NCBI GenBank assembly: GCA_013265495.1
Contig: MU058781.1
Location: 6,228,522 to 6,292,521 of the forward strand
Origin: Vicugna vicugna
Lineage: Eukaryota
Direction: 5' to 3'
Length of the DNA stretch: 64,000 nt
Both the position numbers and the translations under genes were made by a program. The notes below the pieces were generated by a model. That model had not been told where the DNA came from, did not search any database, and worked only from the letters and a program-made list of their open reading frames with translations. Shown in pieces: positions 1 through 15,043 of this stretch; within the stretch, counting starts at the first letter, position 1; each line of letters opens with the position of its first letter.

Positions 1-1159
1 CTAGCAAACCTCTGTACACCAGCTGCCTTAGGGGGAAAAATGGTCGGCAGTATTTTACTCTTAGGGTTCATCCTACAAACTTTCACTAGACATTCTCAGG
101 AACATTTTATAGGCATTCTCTGTGTTGAGTTCTCCTAGTTGAGAATTTTCCAGTTTCCAGTTGGAACATTTCATGTGACTTACTACACCCATGAATTCAT
201 ACGTTCAGAGATGTGCCCCAAAACACCATTTTAGCCTTGTTTCATCTCTTCATTCACAAATTTTTATTGCTTGTTGCTCAATAATCATAATGCTTTGACT
301 TGAGTTTCATCCTATCTTCCGTCGTCTTCAGTTTTAGTCAAAGGAAGATTGACAGATAGCATCATGACAACAGAAAGGAGAATGAAACGAGGTTAAATGC
401 TATAAAGCAAAATAATCAGCTTCCTATAACAGAGCTGACCATTAATTTTCTTAGCAGGAGCCAGCACTTTTACTACATTTCCGAGAATCCTTACTAGTAT
501 TTTCCTGGTGTTTTGGATGCGTGGAACTGAGTCAGGCCACCTGGTTCGTTATCCCAGATCCCTCATTGGCTGGTCCCGCACCCCCCACACACACACCTCC
601 CATCTAATCGCTCAACCTCTCTGAGCCTAAGTGTGCAGCCTGTAAAACAAGGGACTGAGAGATGACGTCTAAGTCCCTTTCAGCTCTTTTAAAAAATATA
701 TTATTCTGGAAAATAAGAATTAATTGAAAATCAGATAAAAAGAGAAAAATCGAAGAAAGAACAACTTGTTGCACATTTGGGCAGTCCGCCTGGTCTGTCT
801 TTAATGATGGATGACACCGTTTTAGTTCTCTGAGAGAAATACACACACACCTCCACCCTCTTCCCTTACAAGGTAACATCGCAAAACGCATCTTCCATAA
901 AAATGTTTTGCATCACCCATTTCGCGGCATCTGAGCTGTTTATGATCCTAAAAGTCTGGTTTCTTCACTGAGTGGGTTTCTGTTTGCGTAACCGTCCTCC
1001 CCAAGGTCGTCCTGCGCCCCTGCCGTCTGGTGCCATCGGGCCGCCTCCACTGCCCACCTGTCCTCGCGTGCTGCTCCCGCCGATTGGGCTCTTCTGTCGC
1101 CTTCCACGCAGTCGCCTTCTACCCCCACGGGGTCTGCAGCACAAGAGCCAGCAGCCTGA

Positions 1160-1651
<492 letters not shown>

Positions 1652-2349
1652 TGACGATTCCCACGCTTGGGGGCGCTGGAGTTGGCTGGAGCAGGGTCTG
1701 CTGGGGCTCACAGCCCGCCTGGCGGGTGGGCTGTTGGGTGGGCGGAGAGGGAGGGACTTAACTCAGCCAGCGTTTAACTGCGGTCTTAACCCGGACTCGT
1801 GCTGCTACGGGGCTAGCTTTTGTGATTCAAGAGCCCGCGAAAGTGGTCACACCCCAGGGCCCAGGCAGGAATAGTGGGATGAGCGGTGTGTTCTGCCCCG
1901 AGCAGGGTGACCGGTGATTTTCAGAGGAACCTCAAGGTTCCTGGGAGCCGCCATCTATTATTTGCTTCCGGAAAGCGGGCCCTTCGGGAATTATTTAGAG
2001 CTGGAAGAGAACTTAGCAGCCGTCTGGCTGAGTCCTCTCGCTTCTCACAAGAGGATCCTGAGGCCCAGAGAGGTGGACGACTTGCCCGAGGCTGCACAGC
2101 TTGTCTGGGAGCAGAGCTGGAGATAGAACCTAATGTTCAAGTCTCATTCCAGTATTCTTCCCACTTTTGCTCAAGGTGGCATCTCAAGTAATTCTTCTGG
2201 AGAGACGAAGGGTCATTTTTTTCTAGGATGGGGCATGGAGGGATGGGGGTGGAGGTAGAAATCATTTCTTTACATCCTCACCACCATCGAGATTCCACAG
2301 ACAGAACTAGGAATCCACAAAGGTCTCTTGGAGAAGGATTAGTCAAAGA

Positions 2350-3154
2350 TAATGTTACCATTTAATTTATCATCAAAAGCAGGATACTCTGACACAACAT
2401 TGTAAAATGACTATAACTCAACAAAAAAAATGTTTAAAAAAAAGCACGGGATACTCATTTTTTAGTCCTCAAAAATTTTTTTCTTGAAGTATAGCTGATT
2501 TACAGCGTTGTGTTAGTTTCTAGTGTACAGTATACTGATTCAGTCATACATATATGTATTCTTTTTCATAATAGGTTATTACAAGATATTAAATGTAATT
2601 GCCTGAGCTATACAGTAGAACCTTGTTGTTTATCTATTATATATAGTAGTTTGTATCTGCTAATCCCAAACTCCTAATTTATCCCTCCCCCTACTATCCC
2701 CCTTTGGTTACCATAAATTTGTTTTCTATGTCTGTGAGCCCATTTCTGTTTTGTAAATAAGTTCACTTGTGTCATTTTTTAAGATTCCTCATATAAATGA
2801 TATCATATGATATTTGTCTTTCTCTGACTTATGTTACTTAGTATGATAATCTCTAGGTCCATGCATGTTGCTGCAAATGGCATTATTTCATTCTTTTTAT
2901 GGCTGAGTAGTATTCCATTGTGTGTGTTCTGTGTGTGTGTGTATCACATCTTCTTTATCCAATCATCTGTCAATGGATGTCTTGCCTATTGTAAATAGTG
3001 CTGCTATGAACATTGGGGTGCATGTATCTCTTCGAATTAGAGTTTCTCCAGATAAAAAGCAGGGTACTCTTAAGAGTGAAAGAGACGACTATAAATAAAT
3101 TTGCTCAATCTAAGCCCATACTGTCTGCAGTGAACCAGGATTTATGGTCACCCT
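2350..3154. mobile_element. MER94-like hAT-Blackjack fossil, split by L1 insertions
   Basis: Halves 2350-2390 and 3071-3154 (..AGAGTGAAAG..ATGGTCACCCT terminus) rejoin to resemble the recalled MER94 consensus. Confidence 0.7.
2475..3052 (-). mobile_element. 5'-truncated L1 3' end (artiodactyl/camelid type)
   Basis: T-run then TTGAAGTATAGCTGATTTAC..CATGTTGCTGCAAATGGCATTATTTCATTC; many homologous copies in this window. Confidence 0.9.
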
Positions 3155-4149
3155 TCCTAAAGGACATTTTGGAACTAGAGTTGAGAGAGCACGCACTTCC
3201 TCTCAGCAGGGCAAGACTCTTTCCGGTGCCAGTTACAGCACCTGCAGTGTGTGAGGCGCATCCACGGGGCTCTGGGAGTACGTCAGAAACAAACCAGAGG
3301 CCAGTAGGCGCTGAGACTCAGGCTTAGTAGCTGGTGCTCGGGGGGACACCTGAGCCCAGATGACCCCCATCTCAACACTGCTTTCTGTTTCCCATCCCAA
3401 CGGCCACTGTCTGCATTTAGGACCCTATTACCCTTTACTGGGTCTTACTGCCTCCCGCATCGCCATCCTAACCAGTCTACCGCCACACTGCCACCTAGCG
3501 TCCTAAGAAAAAATTCCCTGTAGGGTGCAAAAGTCTACATTTGGCGCCACCAGTCCCTCTAATGTTACCCTCCCCTCACCAGTTGCTCTCATTCGTGGAC
3601 TCTCGGGGCTGCCAAACCACGAACTTGCAGTACTCGGTTCTTCCAGGCTTCATCCCACTCCAGGCCTTTCCCCAGGCCATTCCCTCTTCCTGGAATGCCC
3701 TCCCTGGGCCCATTCCTGGTCTGCCTGATAAACTCCTACTTATCCTTCAGCGCTGAGCTCAAGCACCTCACTGTGATGTTCCCTTATCATGTGGTCAATG
3801 TTTGTTTAAAGCTCTTTATCCCTCATGATTTATGGGCTTCTTGGGAGCCGTTTGGTCATCTTTGTTAGTATGCATCACTGCTATGGAATAACATGTAGGG
3901 GTGCTCTGTTTTCTCTTTTTCCAAAGAGAAATTAAGGCATTAATCCAGATAGTCACTGCCCCTTGCTTGGATTTTTGTCCAAGACTCCTAACCAGTCCCC
4001 CCTAGATACCTCCTCCACTACCAGCCTCCACCTCCTTCCAGCCCCAGACTTCCACATGACCTGCAGAGTGATCGTTCTAACATCAAATCTGAACCTGTCA
4101 GTTCTCTGATAAAAATTTTAAAAAGTCCCCAACCCATAAGGGAGGCACA

Positions 4150-4385
4150 CCAACCAATGGTCAAGAGTGTGACTACCCAGGTTTGATTTCTGGATTCACC
4201 ATTTGTTAGCTGTGTGGCTGTGGTCAAGTTATGGGAGCTCTCTGTGTGCCCTGGTTTCCTTACCTGTAAAATGAGGGTGGTGATAGTTATTCTGCAGAGT
4301 TATTGCTGTGAGAGTTGAATGAATTCAGTTCACATTAAGTGCTCATAACAACGCTTGGCACAGAATAAGCACTTAAGGTTAGTTG
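4150..4385 (+). mobile_element. MIR SINE
   Basis: Core GTTTCCTTACCTGTAAAATGAGGG..GGCACAGAATAAGCACT. Confidence 0.8.
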
Positions 4386-7300
4386 TTACAATCACTATTA
4401 TTAAAATTATTTCTGTGAGAAAAAATCCTCAGTTCTTAGCCTCACTAGCCATCCTCCAGCTGATGTCTGTCAAATTTTCCAGTTTCATCTCTCCTGACCC
4501 TCAGTCAAGCCTCACCACGTGTTCTCCAGCCCCAGTCTGTTTCTATCTCTGCGCCTTTGAACCTGCTCTTCTCTTTCCTGCAGACCTTTCCTTCTGCGTC
4601 TTCCTGGACTACATGCAAATACGCCCCCAAGTTTCAAGATGACTCAAGACCGCTCTTCCCGAAACCCCCCACCGCCGCCACCATGCTGGCAGAGTGGATC
4701 TTATGCCTTCTCTCATCACCGTTCAAAACATTTTGTTGTATTTATTTGTTTCCATGCTTGCCTCCATCCTAAGCTATTGTTGAGGAAAGGAACTGTTCCT
4801 CGTCTTTGTATCTCGAGTGCTTGATACAGAGCTTGGTGCAGAGCAGGCATTAACAGATGTTTCTGGGACGACAGCATGTCCCTCTCAATTCCTCTGCTCC
4901 CTTAGTGTCTTCTTGTCTCCTGGTGGCATAACTAGACTAATGACAGTCAGCAAGGACAAAATTCAAACTTAAAATAACCTGAAAGTAGACTCAGAGTTAA
5001 CTCATCTATATACCTCTCTTTCCCCTCCCCAAGCATTTGACTTTGGAATTTGATCTAGGAAAAGTGTGGTTGTTAAACACCCGAGCTACCAGCACAGGAC
5101 TCTTTGCTACCTTCATAAATGCATGGGGCTGAGAGTTCAGTAGTTCAGCCATGTCTTTAAAATAAAATGAATGCAGGCATGTTTGCTGGCGTGAAATACT
5201 TATGTTTCTTTGCAGAACAACTTTAAAATATTCTGAATCAAATTTCCTGAGATCTGCCTACAGACTTTCTCTTCACTTTACCTTAGTCTAAAGTGGCAAG
5301 AAGACACAGTAGTAAAATAATGCTTAATAAGAAAAGCATGGGAAACTTTTTTAGTTGGAGAAATTCTCTTCTACACAATTAACTTGAAGTCCCTTGCTTG
5401 ATATAAAAGAGGAGAGACTAGACTGGAATAGATCTCTAAGTATCCTTCACAGTTTTCCTCTAAACTTTGACGTGAAAATTCTTGTTTATCATCAGTAAAA
5501 GGGACTAACTTACTTTTTAAAGTCCAACTTTTTAAAAGGTCATATTTCTGACTGCTTTTTGGAGGGTTGGTATTTATTATTACATTTATTAGAAGTAAAC
5601 TAGAAAAAAATCAATTTGAAAATTCTTCCTGTTTGTCTGCAGACAAATATATTTCTAAAGTGCATATCTGCCAATAATTTGATATAATAAAGTTTTAGCT
5701 CCAGGGAGCCTTGACAAATGACTCCTCTCTCCAAGTTGTTTGGCAAGTTTGTTTCCTCAACGCTTTAGAACATAACGTATGATACTGTCAGACCAAAAAC
5801 CAACCAAGCAAACAAAAACCTTTCTATAGCTAAAAGTAATACTTTTTTTGGAATGCTGATAATTCCCATGCATAGCTTTACTTTAGAACTCATGGCTTTT
5901 TAATTCTGTCTAAAATTGATAAAATATTTATCTCCAAAACAATGAAGCGTCAAATTAAGTTGATAGAAAATGTAGAAACATTGAATCTGTATTTCTGCTA
6001 CAACTTCATCTCAAGGAAAAAAATGAAACCTTCCACCCACCTCCCCGACCCCTCCCCCTGTACCATCACAGTTAGACTTCTTATTGGTGTGAAAATATAA
6101 ACTCTGCATGCATAGATAGACCAAAAAAACTGTTTATGCTGTACCCCCGAGGGGCATAGATCTAATTAACTTGTAAATATCTCTCGTCTTTGAACTATGT
6201 CTATTCTCAAGTCTAGATTATGAAATTGGGTGTTAAATTTTCCAGAATGTGTTGCACATTGATAAGATATTTGAAAGACATTATTAGTTTGCAGAAGAGA
6301 AAAACCTTACATTTCTGCTCCAGAGACTGAAGGCTGGTATACGTTCTTTTATGCTGGAAGAGTGTGTTTCATCGGCTACAGTCTGAGTTTTGGTCACTGG
6401 CAGAGCTTGAAGGCAGACTGTCTAAATAAGCACAGATGGGAAAGATTCTTGCTCAAGCCTGGTTTAGTTGTTTTGATGAAACAATTGGGAGATTGTTCAG
6501 AACTGGGACATTTAAATTTATTCTGACTTGTAGTTATCAGAATATCTTTGTGAAAGCCACCTTTTAGACTGAAAACCTTCAGATTTGCTCTCAGTCCCAA
6601 TGTGAGCATTTGTTTGTTTGTTTGTTTTTGTTGTTCTCATTAAATCAGTTCCATGTCTCAGGATCTCCACGGGGAAATCTTAAATGGCAAAATTAATCCC
6701 TGCGTGTAACTCAATGTTCTGCTGGGTTCAAAAAATGACAGATCTGCAAAACAAAATGCACTTGTGAAAATATCTGTCTTACCATCACTGCAGATATTGG
6801 TTTTTAACAGTTCACTTAGAAAGGGGGGCAAGAGTGCCCAACATAATCTTTACCTTCAGTAAAGTGTGAACTGTGAACCCCTAAAAGATAAGCATCTGAA
6901 ATATACATATTTCTATCTCATTTAACAAAGGAGCTGCTTTGTTATATGAAAGATATATATACATATATATATATATATACAGAGAACAAATATATGAACT
7001 GAACAAACAAGTAAACAAACAAAACCTCAACTAATCTGAAATATGAATCAGCACCAGGGGAAAATGTGAGAGCAAGTACTTGCTTTTCTCTTTCTTTCTC
7101 CATCTCTTTCTCCATAGACACAGCTACTGCCATGCAGCCCCCCAGTAGTAAGCTGACCCAGGAAAAGAGCCATTACATATATTACATGCTATGTTGTCAT
7201 ATAATAACAATCATATTATATCATACAGGGCCTCCTTTTATTACATATAAACTACATACATAAAGCATGTATAAAGCACATGTGTAATAACTGCATACAT

Positions 7301-8051
7301 AAAGCATGTTGTCGTTCCAAGGCTCTCTTCTTGTGCTGACTTACATTTCAGATCCATTGCACTTTTGTTTGCTAACTTGTTTGTCTGTTCAATTGGTTGG
7401 GTTTTCATATTTTCCTGTGAGGTTCCGAGCTACAGAACTAATTAACCCTCAGCACAATGGACTGATGTTGGTTTAGCCGGAGCAATCATGTGCTGTAAAT
7501 ATGGTGATAAGGAATGTGAGTCTCCCTGAACATGTGAGAGTTGCTAATTGATTTATGGGAGCCGGAGGGTGATGGGGCCACCACGGCCTAGTTAAGGCGA
7601 TTTCTACTCTGCCTCTGAGGGACTGCAGAGCACTTCGATGTGCTTCCAGAAGGTGGTCAGAGGTGCTTAGATCTTTTTAATTGGTATGACTTTTATTGTG
7701 AAAGTACCAAGAGTTTCATGCTAATGTCCCACTTTTGTATTCAGTTTTCCTAAAGGGAATATTTTCCGTTTAGTTCCTAGAGTCATAATTTACAGCACAG
7801 ACATTATGCCAATACTGTTTATTGTATTGAAAACTTCGGAGCAACCTAGATGTCCTTCTGTAGGAACTGGTTAAATAAATTGTGGTATAGTTGGCCTACC
7901 ATGCAATCATCTAATGAACAACCACTCTCACCATTAAACAGAATGAGGTAGACCTGTATTTATTGACATAGGTAAATGTCTCTGATGTATTGTTAATAGA
8001 AAAAACAGGTTATAGAAATATAATATCATTTAATATAGATTTTTATGTCTT

Positions 8052-8780
8052 AATCAGTTTTATTGAAATGTAATTCACATATACAATTTACCCATCGCTA
8101 CAATCTAATTTGGGTACACTTTTGTCCCCCCCTCAAAGAAGCCACTCTCCATTGGTAGGCAACACACATTTCCCAAGCAATCACTAAATCTACCTTCTGT
8201 TTCTATTAATCTGCCTCTTCCAAACATGTGATACAAATGGAATGAATCTTTGTGACTGGCTTTTACTTAGCATGGTGCTATCAGCTGTCATCTGTACTGT
8301 AGTGTGTATCGGTACTCCATCTCTTTTTATTGCCAGATAATATTCCTTTGTGTGGATAGGCCACATTTAATTCATCTAGTCGTCAATTGCTGGACATTTG
8401 GCTTGTTTCCACTTTTTACATATTATGAATAATAATGATGAGCATTTGTGTGCAAGTTTTTGTATGAACATACATTTTTCATTTTGCTTGGACATATGCC
8501 TAGGAGCAAAATTTCTGAGTCATGTGGTGACTCTATGTCAAGGGGAAATTTTTGAGGAACTCTCAAACCGTTTTCCAAAGTGGCTGCACCATTGTATGTT
8601 CCCATGGTATCGTATGAGAGTTCCAAGTTCTCCACGTCCTTGACGGCACTTCTTATTACGAGTCTTTTTCATGATGGTCCTCCTAGGGGGTGTGAAGTGA
8701 ATCTCATTGTGGTTTTGGTTTGCATCTCTCTAGTGAAAAATGATACTGAACATCTTTTTATGTGCTTCCTGGCCAATTCC
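8052..8780 (-). mobile_element. Old L1M (L1MB-like) 3' fragment
   Basis: TTTCCAAAGTGGCTGCACCATT and GTTTTGGTTTGCATCTCTCT motifs; antisense ORF2-like peptide fragments. Confidence 0.85.
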
Positions 8781-8895
8781 AGTTTATTTTTAAAGGTTAT
8801 ATTTACATGATCAAACACATCTGGGAAGTTATATGCTAAGATGTTAGTAGTGCTTCTGTCCAGGGAATGGTATTTCTTATTTTCTACTGTGTTTC

Positions 8896-9323
8896 TGTGT
8901 CAGTCAGGGTTTTACCAAAGGATCCAAGAACCAGTATGAAGGATGGATGGATGGTGAGTGGATAGATATATAGATGTTTTACAAGTTTTACAAGGAATTG
9001 GCTTATACAATTCTGGGGGCTGACAAAGCAAGTCCAAAATCCATACAATAGAATGGGTGGTCAGAAAGGATGGGCTGGAGCTTAAACTGCATCCACAGAA
9101 TTCCTTCTCCCTCAGGGAAACCTCAGTTCTGCTCTAAGACTTTCAACTGATTGGATGAGGCCCACCCAGATCACTGAGGATCGTTTCCTTTACTTAAAAT
9201 CAACTAATGGTAGATGTTAAGCACACCTACTAAAAACCATCACAGCAAAGCCTAAATTAGTGTTTGATTGAATAACTGGCTACGATAACCGAGCTCAGCT
9301 GACCCATGAAACTGATCATTACA
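8896..9323 (-). mobile_element. MLT2-type (ERVL) solo LTR
   Basis: TG..CA ends; AAGGAATTGGCT and CAACTGATTGGATGAGGCCCACCCAGAT are characteristic of MLT2. Confidence 0.85.
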
Positions 9324-9527
9324 AATTTTTTCTGTTTTATTTAATTATTTGTACGAGTCCATATTAATTATTTCATCTGCAAAAACAGTCAAGGTGGTTT
9401 CATTAAAAAAACTTTAATACACAGTGGTCTTTTTACTTTTCGTATTTGATGGTTGAACTTCTGCACCTTGGTGCCCTTCAGAAAGCTCAGCATAGTTGTC
9501 TGTACCTGGTGGGTTCATATTAGTCAC

Positions 9528-10010
9528 TAGGTCAGTTTTCTACTGTTGCTATAACAAATAAATGTAAGTTTAGTGGCTTAAAATAACACAATTTTATTCT
9601 CTCATAGTTCTGGAGGTCAGAAGTCTAAAATTGGTTCCACTGGATGAAAGTCAAGATGTTTGCAGGGCTGCTTCCTTTCAGAGGCTCTGAGGAGAGGATC
9701 CTTTTCCAGCTGCTAAGGCTGCATTCCTTTCATTCCTTGGCTGGTGGTCCTTCCTGCATCTTCATCGTTGGCACTGCAGCATCTTCAGATTTGTCCCTGC
9801 CTCGGTCATCACACCGCCATCTCCTTCTCTGTAGTCAGTCTCCCTCTACCTCCCTCTTGTAAGGAAACCTATGCTTGCATTTGGAGCCCACCTGAATAAC
9901 GGGGGATATCTTGGCATCACACGGTCTTTAATTTAAGCACATCTTCAAAGTCCCTTTTGCCATGCAAGGTCACATCCACAGGCTGCTGGGTACTCTTCAA
10001 GCCTGCCACA
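9528..10010 (-). mobile_element. MLT1 (MaLR) solo LTR
   Basis: GTGGCTTAAAA..CATAGTTCTGGAGGTCAGAAGTC..AAGTCCCTTTTGCCATG..CCTGCCACA. Confidence 0.85.
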
Positions 10011-10026
10011 GACACTAGTTGGCTAA

Positions 10027-10305
<279 letters not shown>

Positions 10306-11059
10306 TGATCTCTATAAAATACTATTTCTCAAATATATTTTATAATGTGTTTGGCGACTCTTTTCATAGCTTGTGTCAGGTGATGCTTTAATGGTGGGGT
10401 CCCTCTCTCTGAGACATTAGGATTTAGCCACAGACCTTAATTATGTGAATAAATAATACTAACCATTAATCTTCTTGTCAATGAAATAATTAAAGCCATC
10501 TCTTTTTAAAAAAAAAAAACTAAGAGCCCTTATGGGTGCTTGGGCTAGGCCTTAGGGATAGGAGGCTTTAGTTAAATTCCTCTAAATTTCACTACACTAA
10601 CATCTTTCCAAGGGAAATTTCTGCATTTGGAAAAATAAAAATGAAACCTACATCAAACAGTTTCTCCTGTCTCTCCCCATTCAAACTTATCAGCAAATAT
10701 ATAATAAAAATATCTTTCAAAAACATGAAAGATGTGATTATGTCCTGGTGTGTTCTTTAGAAGCTATTTGTGGTTTTCCCCAGGGTGTGTGTTCACTTTA
10801 CCTGAGTTACCCTTCTGCTGTTAAGAGCTCTTGTTTGCATTTCCTCAGCGTTTGAAACAAATTGAACTTAACAGACTTCAAGGAAAAGTACTCTGTTCTG
10901 TTTGGGGAGAAAGCTTTCATTTCACTCCTCATCATAGTTTCTTCCTTAGGTGTAACTTAGAGTTGGAAAACAAGTGGCTTAATAAGTGAGATTCTTTTTC
11001 TTGGACTTCCGTGGCAACTTGGGTTATCACAAAGTTCTTTTTTTATTGCCCATTTTATT

Positions 11060-11455
11060 TTTTTAGTTGAAGAATAATTGATTTACAACATTTTATTAGT
11101 TTCAGGGACACAGTGTACAGATTCAGTATTTTTACAGATTATACTCCATTACAAGCTATTACAAGGTAATGGCTGTAATTCTCTGTGCTGTGTAGGACAT
11201 CCTCATTGCTTATCTGTTTTATACACAGTAGTTTGTAGCTCTTAAACACCTGCCCCTATCTTGCCCCTCAACCCTTCTCTCTCCCCTTCGGTGACCACTC
11301 TGGTGTCTTCTATATCTGTGAGCCTGCTTCTGCTTTGTGTATACATTCATTTGTGTTGTTTTTCAGATTCCACATATAAGTGATATTGTACAATATTTGT
11401 CCTTCTCTGTCTGACTTACGTCCCTACACATACTCTTCTCTAGATCCATACGAAT
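11060..11455 (-). mobile_element. L1 3' end
   Basis: Homologous to other L1 3' ends here (TTCAGATTCCACATATAAGTGAT). Confidence 0.85.
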
Positions 11456-12894
11456 TTCATACTCGCCCTCATCTCGTGCTTCTGATAGGGTGTAGACATG
11501 ACCTCTGAGGATGAGGGAGGAGCTCAGGGATGCAGTGCAGGGACGGCTCCTCCCTCTCCTCCCTCCCCGGGTTGGGCCAGCACGCATGTCTTTTCCTCTG
11601 ATACTTCTGTTGATGAAGAGGGCTCCTGGACTGCAACACGAGTGCTTAACGTCCATGTGTTAACAGACTACTGACTGTCAGGCGGACAGGGACCTGGACA
11701 CCCTCGGAGAGGCAGTCCTGCCATCTGTATGCTATTGGAAGCACTTTGGGGAGGGAGGGCCCCAGATCAGCAGGTTGGAGCTAAGAGAACCCAGCTGGGG
11801 AGGGACTGAACTATCGAAGCAGGTGTTTTCATAATGTAGTGCAAATTCATTTTCAGGAATCATCTTAGCACTGAATAAATAGGAACTAATGCCCTGAAGT
11901 TTCTATTTGTTCTCTGCCCAGTTTCCTCTCTGTTTTCTCTCTGTATCATTGCTCTTCAGAGCTATAGAGTTTGTTACTCATTTCAAGTTTCACACTGCCA
12001 TTTCCCAAGTATATCCTTTTATTTAAACAAAAGTTCTGATCTTGAATGGTTTCAGATAAGAAAAGCCACCCAGAACAAAGAATGCCTGTCTTCTTCCACC
12101 TGGATTCCCCAAATGTGAACATTGGACCACACTGGCGTTCTCATCATCTCCTCCTCCCTCCCCCTCCCCTCTCCCCCACTTCTCCCATACACAACTGTAT
12201 TTTTTCTGAGAGTAAGTCACAGACATAATGATACTTTACTCCTAAACATATCAGTGTGCATTTCCCAAAAACAAGGACAATCTTTGCAAAATGGCTCAAA
12301 ATCCGACAATTACCACTGATCAAAAATCAGGCAGTTACCACGGATGCAGTAATGTTCTCTCTCCTATTCAAATGTCAGTCGTCTCACAAATGTCCTTTAT
12401 AAATACATTCCTGGTTCAAGATCTAATGCAAGTTCATGTGTGTAATATAGTTGGCAAGTGGCTTTAGTTCCCTTTAATCTGGAACAATCCTTTGACTTTT
12501 GTCTTTTAAAACCTTGATAAATTTGGAGATATAGGCCATTTATTTTGTAGAATGTTCCTCAGTTTGGGTTTATCTGATATTTCCTTATGGTTAAGTTCAA
12601 GTTATGCATTTTTACCCAGAATACTAAAAATGATATTGCATCCTGTTTAGTACATCAAATCAGGAGGTATCTGATATGTATTTTTGACTTTTATTGTGGA
12701 TTTGGGTTTTTAGGGTTTGGTTTTTTTTTTTTTTGCCTTTTGAATCTGGATTTTGAGACATAGCTAGAAAGCCTTTCCCTACACCAAAGTTAAAGTTGAA
12801 TCTACTCATTTTTTTTGTATGACTTCACTTTTTATACTTATTTTCTTTTTACTAGTAGCTTTTAAAAATTATTTTAATTTTTATTATCACTTTT

Positions 12895-13018
12895 TTCCCT
12901 TTGGGGGAGATAATTAGGTTTGTTTGTTTGTTTATTTTAATGGAGATACTGGGGATTGAACCTAGGACTGTGCCTGCTAAGCATGTGCTCTACCTCTTTG
13001 AGCTATACCCTCCCCCCC
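12895..13018 (-). mobile_element. Camelid tRNA-derived SINE (Vic-1 type)
   Basis: Reverse complement reads GGGGAGGGTATAGCTCA..GTAGAGCAC..GGTTCAATCCCCAGTA with an A-rich tail. Confidence 0.85.
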
Positions 13019-13924
13019 GAGAAGTCTCTGATGCCAGGAAGGTTAATGTTCTAAAGTGAGAGATACCTGGTTTGTGTGTGTGCGCGTGTCCTATTTTCCC
13101 GCTACAAATTCATGAAAACTGTCTTTGTGAACCAGCGAGGTTAGAAATTTTCATAAAAAGTCTCCATCCACCAGATGGAATGGATTTCTTACTCTCAGGA
13201 CTTCCAGATGATTACAAAATAGAGGAGAGCTCATTTCTGAGGATTCCTCATTACACCTGTATTTTATGAGGTTGTGAAAAATGGACACTTGTTTGCTTAT
13301 TTATGTAATTGTGTGACTTGTAACGGGGGCGGTCTCTCTCATTAGTGCCGTTTACAAAAGCTCCCCTATAAACTGTTTCAGTGCCATTTTTAGAATCACT
13401 AACAAAAATTTAGCTATCACTTGACTCAAATTCAGATTTGGTTCAAAGAGTCTTTTCAAAAAGGCATACTTTTACTGACATAGATTTAGCAGATGGCGTA
13501 ATTGTAAACTCAGGGTTGCAGAACTGGAAGTCTCTTGGCAACATCACACTGTTTATCCTTTGTATACAAAGCATAGAAACCAAACTGCAACTCATCAGAG
13601 TCACTGAAAGACTATCTCATTCTTAGCTGTGGTTTAGCTTCATAATTCTTCCATGGAACCCATGTAATTGTACCCAAGTGTACAAGTGTTGTTACAACAA
13701 AAAAGTAGTACATAACAGTACATGAAAGACTTCTTGTTGTGTTACTATTTGACCTGCTAAGTAAACAGTGTATTGTGTTGATGTGTATCCTCTGTAAGAA
13801 CATTAAGGATTCGAACTTCAAAGGATTATAAAGACTAGTAATAGAAACAGACACTTAGGTGCGAGTGTTGAGACTAAGAATTAATTAATGAGCATGATTG
13901 ATAAGGCATGTATTTAGCATTTGA

Positions 13925-14164
<240 letters not shown>

Positions 14165-14896
14165 TAGTTAAAATAGCAATAGAGTATGACTGATCACAAG
14201 TTATTTTTTCCAGCAATATGCATCTGAGAGTCACAATACAGAGCACAGCCTTTATCTAAGCCAGTGTTTTCTTCCATAAACTCCCCCGCCCCTCTGCATA
14301 CCATCCTTCTCTTATAGTTTCAGGAATTGCCTGGTCATTAATGATTAATGAATGCAATAAAATATATCTTGGGTTTTACCAAATTTGAGACACAAAAAGC
14401 CCCATGGAATAAAAGGCCTTCCTTCTTTCAGCAATTTTTATTAAAGAATTGCTTATGTACTAGGCATGTGAATATAAAACTGACCTCTGAGTTATCCAAT
14501 AAGAAAATAGGTCTAAATGCCAAAGCTAAAACGGATATGCTTACACATGTATATAAACACCCCGAGGTCAACCATGAGGAGATAAATGAAATTACAGAAA
14601 TGATTAGACTCTTATTTTTCTTCACTGATTCATCTTGACTAATCTGTCATTGTTTTTCTGTCGTGTGAGCAGTATTTTTAGTTTGATTTTAGCTGGTTGT
14701 GGCCAAAATCTTGAGGTCTTAATTTTTAAATAAATTCTATGTGAACCTGTGAAGAGTACAGGGGGTTTGTCATCATTTTGTTTTGTTTTTGTTTGTTTGT
14801 TTGTTTGTTTGTCTGTTTTAAGCCAATGCTCCCCAGCAGTACCAGTTGTCCTAAAGTAGAGACAGAGGAAAGAAGATGAAAAGAAGAAATAACCAA

Positions 14897-15043
14897 GGAG
14901 GGGAGAGTATAGCTCAGTGGTAGAGCATGTGCTTTGCATGCATGAGGTCCTGGGTTCAACCCCCAGTATCGCCATTTTATAAATAACTAAATAAACTAAT
15001 TACCTCCCCCTATAAAAATTTTTTTTAATTAAGAAAAAAAAAA
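14897..15043 (+). mobile_element. Camelid tRNA-derived SINE (Vic-1 type)
   Basis: Pol III A box TAGCTCAGTGG, B box GGTTCAACCCC, tail ..TAATTACCTCCCCC, then poly(A). Confidence 0.9.

Noticed and set aside
14897..14975. tRNA-like sequence with A and B boxes
   Set aside because: It is followed by a SINE tail and poly(A) and has diverged sister copies, so it is a SINE rather than a tRNA gene.
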